Part shown: in pieces, positions 38,190 to 51,149 of the stretch | How positions within the stretch are numbered: position 1 is the first letter of the stretch | How the letters are laid out: every line of letters begins with the position of its first letter | Assembly (NCBI GenBank): GCA_028534125.1 | Contig: CM052818.1 | Coordinates: forward strand, 17,796,001-17,860,000 | From: Lama glama | Taxonomy: Eukaryota | Direction of reading: 5' to 3' | Length of the DNA: 64,000 nt | Notes under the pieces: generated by a model | Databases searched by the model: none | What the model saw: the letters and a program-made list of their open reading frames with translations, nothing else | Told to the model about the DNA's origin: nothing | Made by a program: the position numbers and the translations under genes

Positions 38190-39880
38190 TGTTTGTGTTA
38201 TAGGTAACAATCAGCAGTCTAAAAGTAAATCTTACTGTGTTCTTAGGGCAAATTTTCATTAAGTAAAAGAAAAGAAAATGAGAAAATACTTGGCGGCTAT
38301 AATGTTACAATACAGTGACTAATACAATAAGTAACATTTTGTGGCAGGCTTTGCTCATGCTTGGTTCTCAATGAATGTTGAAGTAAAATAGTTTCTGAAG
38401 AAAAAATGTCAATGATTAGTAACTGATAGAACAAAAGCGAAAGTGTATTGGAGGCAAATCAAATGCATCCAAAAACTGGCCCAGAAGCATAGGTAACAGC
38501 AGAAAATAAAAGAGTAGTAATGAAAATGTTATGCCCCAAAGATACTCAGGTGAAGAAAATTTGAAGACAAATGTAATAGATGATTATTCAAGGTCTGTTG
38601 TTTTTTTGTTGGTTTAGAGGGTGTGTTTTGACGTATAAGGAAGAAGAAGTTTCTTAGAACCACGTTCACTTTTGGCTTTTTAATATGTAAAATTTTTTTT
38701 ATATATTGGCAAGCACACTTATATACATATATGCATAAAGATTGATCTTTCCTTCAGAGAACAAGAAAAATACAAAAAATTGCCCTTGCACATCTACGCT
38801 GTTAGCATACAAAATAGATACTCCACTAAGTGCTTCTTTCACAAGGCTCCACTGATCTGAATGAACTAGCCAATTGGAGTTTCTCTCCTCTCCTGTCTGG
38901 TCCATTGATTTCAGCCTGGATATATGGATCCCAGACTTTGTAGGTGGTTCACAAACAGCTCAGGTTAAATTAACTTGAGGACAGTGTTTGAAAATGCAGA
39001 ATTACTCTCACTTTTTCATGCCTGTTGTTAAGCATTGTTTCCAGAAGATCAATCTTTTAATTACATTGAACCTCCCTACTGGTGGCTCTCAGTAACAAGA
39101 AGTGTATTGTGCACTGATTGGAAAAATAAAGAGAAGGAAAAAAATAATTCTCTTCTAGCATACTGACTTTGCAAAAGTGACATCTCCAGGATATTGAATA
39201 GAGTCTGGTCTTTGTCAGTATTATCTAAAGCTGGTCCTACAATTTCCATCAACAATTCACCTTCATAAATTCACATTTGATAGGAAGAACACATAATAGC
39301 TATGTGCTCACGTTTATTCTGTGTTTGCTGTGTAATGGGAATCGCTAAATATTACATGCTATCTGGTTGGCTCTGCCACCTTCCCTATTTTGTTGTGTTT
39401 TCCTTCTAGTTTTATTCAGATGTAACTGACATATACAGCACTGTGTGAGTGTAAGGTGTCCAGCACAATGACTGACATATCATTCCCTGTTTTAGAAAGG
39501 AGGAAACTGAGGCTCAGGGATTATCAGTAGTTTGCCTGTGGCCTTATAACAATAAGTGATGGAACTCTCTTAACTTTAGTTCTATCTTACCCCAAAGGCA
39601 ACGATATTAACCCTAAGGCTATTTTTATGTAAAATATTTTTCTTTGAATAGCTTAATGGACGGCTGTGTTTTTTACCTTCTGTATTCTGTTACTATTTCT
39701 GGTAAGTAGAAAGAGGGAATCATTCTTACCACTCTGTAGATGCAAGCGCAGAACAGTTGGATGGCTTTTCTAATACATAAGAGAGGAATGGAATTAAATG
39801 TATGTGTCTCCTCAATGCGAATGTCTTTTGGTTAAAGAGATAGTATATTAAAGACACGGCACATTCTTTGCAAATCTATC
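38190..39880 (+). pseudogene. Decayed LRR module ending in LRRCT
   Basis: TNTISNILWQAL, KIDLSF, KLPLHIY, ILTLQK*HLQDIE, NGRLCFLPSVF, then GNHS/LCRC...VGWLF (~39715-39770). Interrupted by a MIR. Confidence 0.65.
39290..39600 (-). mobile_element. MIR with a nested L1 3' tip (~39400-39480)
   Basis: ataatagct...; ttttagaaaggaggaaactgaggctcag; insert ttttattcagatgtaactgacatatacagcactgtg. Confidence 0.75.
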
Positions 39881-40400
39881 CAATGTAGGGTGGAGTCCAG
39901 TTGCCCTCTCCTTAGATCTGGGTGACTTTCTTGACCACCAGAATGCAGCAGAAGTAGTGTTCTCATATTTCTGAGGCTTAATAGGGAGCCCTGCAGCTTC
40001 TGCCCAGCCTTAGTCCAGTCAACCTGAGGGAAACCAGCTGCTTAGGAAGTAGGAAGTTGCTCTGAGGCCATCATTCTTGTAAGGAAACCAAAGGTAGCCA
40101 TATGGAGAGACAGGTAGGGGGAAGAAACCTGGCCAGATGCAGCTGTTGTAGCCATCTCCTCCCAGGTAGCAGGCAAGTGAATGAAGAGTGTGTTGAGAGC
40201 CTCTAGCCCCAGCAGCTTCAATGTGGAGAACTGAGGAACCCAGCCAGTAGTCAGGGTCCCAGCCCTAGAGATACATTACCGCAGGAGAGCGATCCCAGAC
40301 AGACCCAGGCACTAGAACCACTCAGTTTAGGCCCTAGTCGGCACCAGGGGAGTGCACGGCCCACCAGTGGCTCCAAGGAAGACAAGGGTGGAATGGTGTC
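39880..40400 (+). mobile_element. MaLR LTR (MLT1 type)
   Basis: ggtggagtcc...ttgaccaccagaatgcagcagaagt...tgaggaaacc-like aaggaaaccaaaggtagccatatggagag. Confidence 0.75.
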
Positions 40401-40419
40401 CTGTTATCTCTCAAGTTTA

Positions 40420-43400
40420 GTTTACTCCATAGTTGAGATGTTTTATTACTGTCTTTAAAGGTTTAGCTCTTGAGATTTAATAATAGCCACCAATTTCCAG
40501 TGAGGCATTATTGTGAGACATTCAGGGCTATGTCCCCAAGCAAATTTGAAAATTAATTATAGGTTTTCAGTTTCCTGTGAGGTTCAGTAAGGGACACTGA
40601 TTCCTAGGAAATTTCAACTTCTTACCAGACTCTCCTTTTGTGATTTGGACTTGTCTGAATGTGGGGACCTTAAAAAAAATAGTAAGAATCAAGCGAGCTG
40701 ATGGACTTAGGTATATTTTAAGAAGAGACATATGAATGCATGACTGTGAATGAGGTTCTGATGATGGGGAGGGGGATGCATATTGCACATTGCCATGTCA
40801 CCCAGGAGGTTTTAATACTTACAAGTACAAGTAGTGTGGTTTGACTTGCATATTCTCTGCAAAACCCTGACCCCACACACCCTTTGACTCATGTTGCTAT
40901 TTTTCAGGAGTTACTTTGGCTAGATGTTATGGTGGGGAGGGGTGCACTTCGATCCAAGAGGGTCTGGGAGGTAATCCCCTCCCAAATGAAACAGGTGAAC
41001 AGATACTCTAGGCAGACTTGACTTCATCCTTCTCTAAGTATGTGTCATCCACTCATAGACATACGAGATCACCCACAGGGTGATATCCAGTCTCAGAAGC
41101 TACAGAATATGTTTATCTCTTGTCCATTAAATTCCTAACCTTTGAAATGTCTAGGACCTATATTTTTGTCAGATTGGAGAAAGGGCTACAGAGTAGCTTC
41201 ACGTTATACAAAAGGAAAGAAGAAAGATATGATACCTTTTCACCTTTGTTATCTCTTTATGCTGATTCTAGTCCCCCTCAAATGTAAGCTGGGGTGAAAT
41301 AGTGAGTTATAAAAAGTAATGTCAGTGGAGGCAGAAAAACAGACAATGCCGAGCTTTTAAGGATATTCCTTTGGAGACTCTGACCTGTATGGAATCAAAT
41401 TCTAGCTTCTCTCTCTCTGAGGAGTTTGGGTAGCAGCTTTTGGAGTACTTCTGTTACCTGATATTACTATCCTCCCCAGATGCCTGCTAGCCATTTATTG
41501 AAAATCTACCTGGCTTTAGCTGAAATGAGAGCACTACTTGTAGGATTTTGAAATACTGAATCAATATTAGGCCTCTGAAAAATTGCTGACAAGTACCACA
41601 GACAAATGTACCGAAGAACATTTGAGATTAGCTAACTTCTCAAAGTTGCATTATGGATCTCATGTCAATTCACCCTAGTGTTTCTAAGGATTCACACATG
41701 TGTCAAGCATTGGGAGTGGGAAATACTTAGTCAAGTGATGGAAGGAAAGATGCTTTCTTGCTAAAAACTAGTTTCATATTGTGATCATTTCAGTCAAGAG
41801 TTTAAACTGAATTGGCCTGTTGTAAAACACCACACAGCTAAAGGAACATTTTCATTCTCTAGCCCACAGGTCAGGAACAATGTTGAAGAATACTCAGGCT
41901 AAACAAGACCTTAAGGAATCTTCAAGTCAACTGGCTCTTTATCTTTGTTTCTGTCAAAGAGTGTCTATAAGCATCAGCTGGTTCAAAATACAAGTCACTC
42001 ATATTGTTCCTTTAAGACATTTTCTCAAATTCTGATTTAAGTATACAGTCAAGAGCTCAGAAATAAACATATCTGATAGAGCCAGAATTACTGATGGAGG
42101 CAGATATCCATATTTTGAAGGTTTTTAAAAAAAATTTTTGAATGGGTGGTAGAAAATATTTATAGGTAGAATAAATAATTGGCCATTGGGGTCTGATTTG
42201 AAAACAACTTGATTATCTCCAGGTAGTACTATAATTAAGTTCTCTGACTAGTTAAAAGCTGGTTTGTTTCTCTTGTCCTGAGATTAGTGACCAAAATCTC
42301 TGAACAGATTTTGTAAGATCTCAGCTTTGTCAGATCTGAACATGTCCATATCTCCAGTCTCCATTTGCAAGACTCTCCCCTTCTTTCTCTGTACCTGCAT
42401 CCCTGAACTTTCTTTTAGTCCTTATAATGGTCCATTCACTATCTTGAAATAGCCAATTTCATATTGTTCCAGCTTTGGTCAAGTTAAATTTGTCATATTA
42501 AGTTTCAGTGTTCTCATATAATATTGTATTGATTCTTTGTCTCTGTTCTGTCACCCTCCCTCTGTCATTTATACTAGAATACAGGAGCAAGATCTATGCT
42601 GTGTTACAGAAATATAGATCATCATAATCTAAATTAAATGACATAAACATTGTTATGTGGAAAACTCAGTTTTTAGGGCAGCCCCTAAAAAGATGTTAAC
42701 ACTGTATTCCATGGCGACTCTGGCCGCTCTCCGAGGGATCTATCCAAAACTATAAAGACTGAACCCTGGAAATTGTGGCAGTATTTTGTTTTCTACAGTT
42801 TAACCCAAAAAATCAGTTATTTCAAGTTACATACGGTATTTTCTTCATGTCAAGGTGACCCACTAGGACAAATCCTGCACAGTATAGATATGGTAATTCC
42901 TGGTATTTAGTCTGTCCTTAATCAGCTAGCTGGCTGCTAAGTAGTATGTATCACTGTGTGATATACATACTGTTTTTGATGTGGGAACCTCTAGTGTTCT
43001 GGAAGATAATTTTAAGTCATACAGCAAAGAACATTTACAATTTGAATGGTTAGACACTTCTGAGAAATTACTGGAATTTTGTTGATGGGAGTGGTATAAA
43101 ATTTACTTTATGAATAAATTTAAGTTAAAAAGTGAGTTGATTTAAAGCAAAAAGCAACTAGCATAGCAAGTGGCAGTGGATATGGTAAAAATGGGAGTGT
43201 GCATAACTAAATTATTAATCTTACTATTTTTGTCCTAATCCCGAGTACATAGGACTACACCGTTAGGGGTCATTATCAGTCTTTGCTCAACCAGCTTGAA
43301 TTTCCATTGTCAGTCCAAAGCTGAGTTCTTCTTTTAACTTTCTTGGTAACTAGACATCTAAAATTAAGTTTTGTTGGACATCATGTTTACTCTTGAATCC

Positions 43401-44070
43401 AGATTGACATTTTTATCTTTGAATGTGGTTGGATTTTTCCCCTTCTTCCAAGTGAGAAATCAGGCAAGAAGTGATGAATTAGTCAACCTCTGACTGGGAA
43501 CAGAAGGGTCTCTTACATAAAATCTGTGTACATTGAGCAAAGGAATATGTGTGTGTTTGTGTTTTGAGGAAGATATTGATGATAACAATAACTAATACTT
43601 ATTGAGATTCTGGTGTAAAAAGTGGCACAGTAAGGAGGTGGGACAGAGGATGGATAGGGAATAGGTAGGCACTGGCTGGAGGGATGTACTAGAAGCTAAA
43701 AGCAGGTAGGTGTCTGGGCTTATGTTTGAGACCAGGTTTCTGTGCTCAAGGCAATTTTTGTATGTCACAGAGCATCTTAGTATAGGGGCTGTGTTTACTT
43801 AAAATGAGGAGTTAGGTTAAGAAAAGCCTGAAATCTAAGTGTATGACAGTCCTATGGACTCTGCCCACAGAACATCCATGCCCTAAACCCTCTTTATCCT
43901 GGTGAATGGCTCCTGAAGTCTGCTATCCTGAGCTGCCCTTTTTATAGACTCCTCCATCTGGACTTATAATCCACATCTTTCAGTCTCAATGTCGTCAGAG
44001 ACTTTTTACACATTCCTTCAACTCATTCCGTATCATCCTTCTACTTCCATCAGTGGCCATTGTTTTTAAG
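40420..44070 (+). pseudogene. At least three more tandem decayed LRRNT-LRR-LRRCT modules
   Basis: NFLPDSPF, IFQELLWLDV, LGGNPL (40964-40981), SCPLNS, AFKDIPLETL/WNQI (41353-), HLLKIYLAL, NNWPLGSDL...LVCFSCPEI...LC, VFSYNCIDSL, KNQLFQV, YGNSWYLVCP*SASWLL (42889-), then MGVCITKLLILLFLS and LTGNRRVSYI. Confidence 0.8.
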
Positions 44071-44074
44071 AAGA

Positions 44075-45565
44075 TGCCAAACTTCATATTAGCTATAGTA
44101 AGACTGCATAGCATTGGCTAAAGGTTAGACACAGAGATCAATACAACAGGCTAGATAACCCACAAGTAGATTCATACAAATATACAGAGGTGGTTTCTGA
44201 CCAAAACGCACGTTCAATTCAGTGGAGGAAATACACCATTTTCAGGAAATGCTATTGGAGTAATTAGACATCTATAATCAAAAAAATGAACTTTGTCCTT
44301 ATACAAAATTAGTAAAAAATAACTTATACAAAAATACAAAGTTATACAAAAATTAAGTCAAAATAGATCATGCACATAAATGTAAAATATAAAACTATAC
44401 AATTATCAGAAAAAACAGAAGAGAAAAATCTTTGTGATCTAGCAGTAGGCATAAAGTTCTTAGAGTTCACACCACAAACAGGTTCCATTAAAGGAAAAAC
44501 ATGATAAATTACATTTCATTGAAATTTAAAAGTTTTGCTTTGTGTAAAACCTTGTTAGAATGACAGATAAGCTACAGAGTGAGAAGATGTACTCGATGTA
44601 CTCACAAACCTCATATCCAACAAAGGACTAGTACCTAGAATATATAATGAAATCTTAAAACTTAACGGTAGATGAATAGTCTAATTGGAAAATGGGCAAA
44701 ACCAATAAAGAGATATTTCACAGAAGAGAAAATTCAGATAGTAAATAAACACACAAGTAGATGTTCAACATTATTAGACATTTGGAAAATACAAATTAAA
44801 ACTACAGTATCACTATATACCTATCAAAATCACTAAAAGAAGAAATAATGACAGCACCAAATGCTGGTGAGGATGCAGAGAAACTGTATCATTCACACAT
44901 TGTGGTAGGAATGCAGCCATTCTGGAAAAGGCTGGCATTTTCCTTGAAACTAGACAAGCACCTAGGATATTACACAGCAGTTGCCTTCCTGGACATTTAT
45001 TCCAGAAATATAAAAGCTTAGGTTGACACAAAAACCTGTACATAAATTTTTATGGCTGTTTAATTAACAATAGCCAATACCTTGAAACAACCCAGAAGTC
45101 CTTCAGTAGGAGAATAATTAAAACAATCGTGGCACATTCATTCTATGAAATACTACTTGACAACCAAAGGGGCATGCTATAGGTATATCTAGTCACCTAG
45201 ATGAACCTCAGAGAATTACACAGAATGAAAAATAATCCCCCAAAATCACATAATGTATGATTCAATTTACATAATATTCTTGAAATGAAAAATTATAGAA
45301 ATGGAGAACAGATTAGGGACATGGAAGGAGAAGGGAGGTAGATGTAACTATAAAAGGTTAACACAAGGAAGTCTTATGGTGATGGAAATGTACTGTCAAT
45401 ATCCTGGTTGTAATATTGTAGTCTGGGATTTATCATTGGGAGGTATTACCAGTGGGGGCTGTTACCATTGGGAGAAACTGAGTAAAGGGTACATAGGATC
45501 TCTTTGTATTATTTTTTAAAATTACAGAAGACTTTATAATGATCTCAAAATGAAAAAAAATTTTA
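44075..45565 (+). mobile_element. Old L1M 3' portion
   Basis: gacacagagatcaatacaacagg, accaaatgctggtgaggatgcagagaaactg, tacataggatctctttgtattatttt. Confidence 0.9.
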
Positions 45566-45569
45566 AGCC

Positions 45570-45990
45570 CTCTGGATTCAGTGTAGAATATGGTTTTAGG
45601 AAAGCAAGACTGTGGAAAGGTGAGGTGATGAACTAATGGAAGGAAGGAACAGATGTGATGTGAGTTAAATCATTGGCAATGGTATTTGTGAGGACTGGAC
45701 CAGTTTGAAATATGTGGAGGTGGTAGAAGTCAGTAGCACTTACTGAATATTTGGATGTGGGAGTAAAGGAAAAGAAGGTGGATGAAGTCCGAATTTGGGG
45801 TTTGGGTAACTGTATTGTGTTGATGATACTCACTGAAATAGTTCATTTCTGAATAGAAGCAGGTTCAGGGGAAAGGGATGAGGAGAAGAAGCCAAGCAAA
45901 ACAGGAACTTAGGCAGGGAGAGTATGGAGAAAATGGTGCTACAGAGTCTCAACTGTTTCAGGAAGGAGGGTGGTACATTACGTTTATCAC
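45570..45990 (-). mobile_element. L2 fragment
   Basis: tactgaatatttggatgtgggagtaaagga...ggtttgggtaactg...cactgaaatag. Confidence 0.7.
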
Positions 45991-45999
45991 AGTCTCTCT

Positions 46000-47040
46000 G
46001 AAACTGGTGCTAGTATCACTCAGCTTTGTTTTCATTCCAAGCTGTATTATCTAAACAGTCGATGTTTGCAATGGGTGTGAAAACTTTATGCATCTTGTTA
46101 TTTCAAAGATCTAATTTTATTTGACAGGCACTAATGAGAGCTGTGAATTATAGTTCACTGAAAGAATCAGGTTTTGATGTGAATAATCAACCTCATTTTA
46201 CCTATTTTGCTAATATGCATTTTATATATTGTGCTTTCATTAGCCACACATAGTATTAATTTGGCCATTTAGAAAAATATATATATAAATATGTTTCATT
46301 TCTGGCACACCATGAGCAGTCATACTGTACCCACACCTCCCCCCGCGCCCCCCCGCCCCAGTTCATCTTATAAGTGTGTCTCTGTTGCTCTAGGGGAGAA
46401 GGAGGTCCACTTTGCATCATCAGATCTTGGCTAACTGCCTCAAACCCATGCCACAGAATACCTAGTGCCCCAGTATTGCAGCTCATTTCCTCAGTGTGCA
46501 GTGAGAGAAGAAATAAGCATCTGGAAACAGCAGCTCTCTCCAAAAGGCATAATTTTCCATTAATTTCAGATGGGAGCTTACTGGCTCTCGACTAAAAGTA
46601 CACTGCTGTAAACCTAAAGAGAAATAAGGGTAAGACTTTAAATTTGGGGAGTTGGTAGAGATTATTTGGATAACTACTTATTCTTGGATCAAAGTCATAC
46701 ATACTCTGACCTAAATTTAAAATATATATGTGAAATCACATAATTTGTAATGGAGAGTGCTAAACATGGCTGCTTGTATTTCATATTGTATTTTCTCCCT
46801 CTGCTGGCCAAGTGCTACATCAACATTGAAATAAACAAAAAAAGGTTTTTCTCTACACTGTATAATTACATGCTAAAACTGGACATATATATTGAGAGAA
46901 AGTGTCATAAAATATCTTACATTTTTCTCAACTTCCGTGCTCCCAAGCATTCCCTACACTCTCCCCTAAAAAAGAAACAAAACCAAACCACTCTGCCCTC
47001 AGGAAAGATTTATATTAGTAATGTCTACTTTGGTGTAATT
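46000..47040 (-). pseudogene. Decayed LRR segment, distal end of the right-hand minus block
   Basis: VGNAWEH (LRRCT-like, ~46955), RISSYPNNLYQLPKFKVLPL, LLSLHTEEMSCN (ORF 46256..46543). Confidence 0.55.
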
Positions 47041-47059
47041 TGAAGCCAATAGGCCCCCT

Positions 47060-47610
47060 GGAAGGGTCAATTCAATTTCACATTTATTGGGTCTGCATGT
47101 GGCAGGTACCCCGCTAGTTGCCGGGCACATAAAAATGAATAAAGTATTGTCTTTCTCCATCCCTCAGGAACTTAAAAGTCTAGCAGGGAAAGGAGATCCA
47201 TAAACAGTTAAAATTCAACATAAATGCTGCAAGACAGACTTTAGTATAGAGTCAGGAAATTATGGATGAAGAAGGGATTTGTTAGCCCTGGGGGTTATGG
47301 AAAGCTCCAGGGAAAACTAAAACCAGCTCTGAAGCTTTTTTTTTTTGCCACATGCAGTCCTTCAGGATAAGGACATAGCGGGGGCGAAGGTATGGGGAAG
47401 GGTGAAATCTTCATTTTGGAGGAATGACGACTAGATGTGTGACATAGAGCTAGGCTTTGTGGATCAAATGGTTAGAGGAGAGACCAGAAAATTAGGTTTG
47501 GATCAGAAATTTAAGACCCAAGATAGTCTGAGTTGAGACCCTGCCTTATGTAGCAAATAAGAGACCACGTTTATTTTTAAGCAAGTGCTTACCATGATTA
47601 TCTTAATATA
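47060..47610 (-). mobile_element. L2 3' fragment
   Basis: ttcaattcaatttcacatttattgggtctgcatgtggcaggtac...ccctcaggaactta. Confidence 0.75.
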
Positions 47611-47759
47611 TTTGCATTTGAGGCTTGATTTTGTTTATTATGAAGGAATTTACAGCATCATTAAGAAGGAGGGGCGGAGTTATGAGACTGTTTCTTGGGC
47701 CACTACCAATCATAACGTGGAGGAAGCTGGGACCTGGTAGCTTTTAAGGCTGAGATTCA

Positions 47760-50030
47760 GGTCTTGGCTGCTTCCCTCTCCATTTATTTACATTCTGTCT
47801 TTGGTGACTTGAAAGAAATTCATGTCAGTTTGACAGCAGGAGTGAGGGAGATGGAAGGCATACTATCTCACAGTAATTCCATAAACATCTAATGTACAAG
47901 GAAATATTTTTTAAGAAATGAAAGTATGTTATTTCTAATTTTCTGAAGGACAGTTTCAGATGGGTTGATGCATAAGTAACATGATTTGCTTTGGACTGCA
48001 AGATCTCATTTTGCTTCAGAAGTTGCACTTTTTATTCTGTTGTATTAAAAAATAAATCTGCAACATGGCAGACGGAAATGGAAGCAAAGCATCTAAGCTG
48101 CTGCTAAATTAATATTCTATCTCTGAACATTGACTCAGTGTCACTGAGGGTCCTGGGGAGGTTGATTTTTTTTTTCTCTTTTTTCCCCTCTAGCAAGACC
48201 ATGTCACATTTCCAAAAAGCAGAGAGATTATTTTATTAGCTCTGCTCTGCTTTCCTCTCCCTTCTTTTTCTATCTCTCCCTCCATGTCTCCCTCCTTTCT
48301 TTTCTTCCTCCCTCCCTCTGTCCCACAGCTAATTAGCTTTGCTTCTATGGTTAAAACACTATTATTCAGAGAAAGAAAACACCTCTGAAGAAACATCTCC
48401 TAAATATGCCTTCAGAAAATATACAAGTTGATGCACTGGAGGAAAAGGTTTGTCTCTTTTTCCAGAACCAGTTTTGGGCTCAAGAAAGTCATGAGACTTT
48501 CCTTAATCTCAGTGATCTCACCCATGAAGTGAAGGGTTTGTGTTAGATGAGCACTGAAATCTCCTCCAGTTCTAAAAATCTGTATGTTTAACATCTAAGA
48601 AGAACGGCCGAGCTTGGCCCTAAGAAATGACTCCACTCTGTGTCCCCAGGACCCAGACTGGAAAAGACGTGCTACAGGTCTTCATCAGGCAGTGGTGTGA
48701 CTTTTGTTGGCCCATCTTAGACTTGCCCAGAGCCCCAGCAGAAGTACCAACACAGACCAGGAAAATTTAAGTCCAAATACTCAAAAGTTATAAAGCAAGT
48801 CTGCTAAATAAAACAGGTCTTACACTGCTATCTTAACACAAAAACGGCTTCATAATGACAGGATTTTTAAAAGGCAGTGAAGTTATGCTTACCTGAATGC
48901 CTGTGATTTGGCATTAAAATATTAAAAGTGATGAGTTTAATTACTATTGGAACGTCTCTGGTGTTTTGTTTTGGAATGGCAATGTTTGGATGAGTAAAAA
49001 AATACATCAATTAGTATCTCTTTATTTTAGTGAACTTATCTTGCTTCGATTTCAGCAAAGTGATTGATTTTATTGTTAAAATCAGAATTTTCACATAATT
49101 AGTATTTTGGTAACACTAGGAACAGGAATAAAAAAGATGTGTTCAACAAGTGTAAAGTTTAGATATGTTTACAGCAATGGTGCAAAGTAAAACAAAAATA
49201 AAAGATGAAAACAGTAAAGTAGTTTCATGTTTTTGAGTTATGTTTCTTCTGTGATACCAGATTTTTATTAAAATTGCAGTGCATTATACAAATTATATTT
49301 GATTCATATAAGCAGTTTTAATCAAATTATATCAATAAGAACTGGGTTTCTGTTTCACTTTTTGAAGTAGTAATTCCCCGTTTTTAACTTTTAAGTACAA
49401 ATAACAGAATTTTCAAGTCTAGTGTTCAATGCTCATGTAATTGACAATAGAAGGAATCAATATTAGGCTTGTGCTTGTTACTTCTAACCAGCATACAAAG
49501 AAATGTGAGAATAATATGGTTTATTTCAAATTAAAAATGGTTCTCAGCCTCCTTTGTAACTGTTAGGAATAGCAGTGCAGTACGTGAGTATTCAGAACCA
49601 CCAGTTGGAAAGCCTGTAAGAAAAAGGATGCTTGGCAATGCTTAAAACTACTACTTTGTTAATCAAAAAGTCTATTACATTAGTGAAATCTGAGAGGATA
49701 TATTTAACAGGTTAATTCATTTGATATTTCCCCCTTAACTTAAGCACTTCTACACTCAGACATAGGCAGCAGCACAACCCATAAACCTTTATGGCATTTG
49801 GATGAGTTTCCTTTTTTTTTTCCCTGAATAGTGTTAGTTTTAAGAATTAATGTTTGGAATTATGGACTGTGCTCTGCCAGATTTCAGTGCCAGATTCTAA
49901 ATGATATATGGCTCCATGTATCTTTAATATATTTTTGTGAACATGTATTTACAACATGTGGGTCCTCTAAAGCTTACGGCCCAAGTCAGCCGAGCCTCTA
50001 GCCAGATCCAAGAGTTGGGGCTGCTAGCAC
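47760..50030 (-). pseudogene. Decayed LRRNT-LRR-LRRCT module(s)
   Basis: CSQKYIKDTWSHISFRIWH*NLAEH, FQTLILKTNTIQ (49859->49824), ETHPNAIKGL, KTAYMNQNII, FEYLDLNF, GDTEWS, FLSLNNSVLTIEAKLISCGT, STHLKLSF. MIR inserted at ~48480-48595. Confidence 0.75.
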
Positions 50031-50032
50031 GG

Positions 50033-51133
50033 TGTTGCCAGTGACTAGATTCTTGTTCCACGGGAGAAAGGATTCAGAGATGGGACAGGGAGGTTAAGAA
50101 AGTAACATGAGGGTTTATTAAGGGATCAGTAGTGTAATAGAAAAGAACAAATCTGACTCCAAATTAGATCTGTTCCTTTGGCTTTAATCCTGTGCCCTGT
50201 TTTCTAGGCTTAGTCTTGGCTAGTTCTGCACTCAAGTTAAGATAACAAGGTGCAGAATTGAGAATAACATTTGGTTTTTTTGGAGGTTTTTCTGGAGCAC
50301 CATGAGCTGGCCCACGTGGACATCTGCAAGAACAGAGTTCCTACACCAAGGAGTTTGCAGCAGTCAGCCACACCCCCTCCCATGTTTTTTGGTTTTTGGG
50401 TTTTTTTTTTTATAAAGGAGCCTGTATTCTGACAGGCGGAGGGTAGTTCTCCAAGACCTTACTCATCTGCCACCCTCTTGGTCTGCTGGCTTTCCAAATA
50501 AAGTCGCTCTTCCTTGCCCCAACAGCTGGTCTCCCGATTTACTGGCTTGTTGTGCGGCGAGCAGAACGAGTTCGGATTCAGTAACAACAGTACATTCTCA
50601 AGGGGAGAGCGAGCAGGCTCAGGTGAGCAGCTACCCTCAGTTTCTTTGGCAAGTTGGTTACATAGAGTGTAAAAATGAATGTGTGGAATATTCATTTCGG
50701 AGGGAAGGGCTCAGGGTCGTATTCCCTGATTTTCATCCCTGCTCCACCTTCCTGAAGGAAGGAGGGATTATTGTCCTTATTTAGTCTGGATGGGAAGTGT
50801 AATGGTGTTGGTACATGATGGGTACTTCTAATCTACAAGGCTAATGTTATTGTAATGAGGCCATAATAAGCAAAAAGCTACATTTGGACACTAGAGATTT
50901 CTGTGTTTTCCCACCTGTCTCTGTTGGCCCCCAGGCCACTGGTAACCCCCAAATGTGTGACTGCTTAGAGCCTACAGGTTCCTCCTTCTCTTTCTCTGCC
51001 CAGGAACCCCAGTTGTCTGCATGATGGGTGGTTTCCTGCATTTGGCCAGTGCCCCTCCTTTTAGCCCAATTCTTGCCATTTGACCTGTGTCTCCCTCTCT
51101 CTGCTCATGTCTAGCCCCCTGCCTGCTGTAACA
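50033..51133 (-). mobile_element. ERV1-class solo LTR containing a second LTR
   Basis: TG...CA ends (tgttgcc...tgtaaca); tttatt near 50114 is a minus-strand poly(A) signal. Confidence 0.75.
50133..50586 (+). mobile_element. Nested ERV1-class solo LTR
   Basis: tgtaatagaaaagaacaaatctgactcc...tataaa...aataaagtcgct...gcggcgagcagaacgagttcggattcagtaaca. Confidence 0.85.
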
Positions 51134-51149
51134 GGGGTACAGAGGAATC

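Noticed and set aside
39652..39707. Apparent 50-nt exon (ag|CTTAATGGAC...TTCTG|gtaagt) or leader exon MDGCVFYLLYSVTIS
   Set aside because: No partner exons were found. Another frame reads NGRLCFLPSVF leading into an LRRCT motif, which fits the fossil better. A non-coding exon cannot be excluded.
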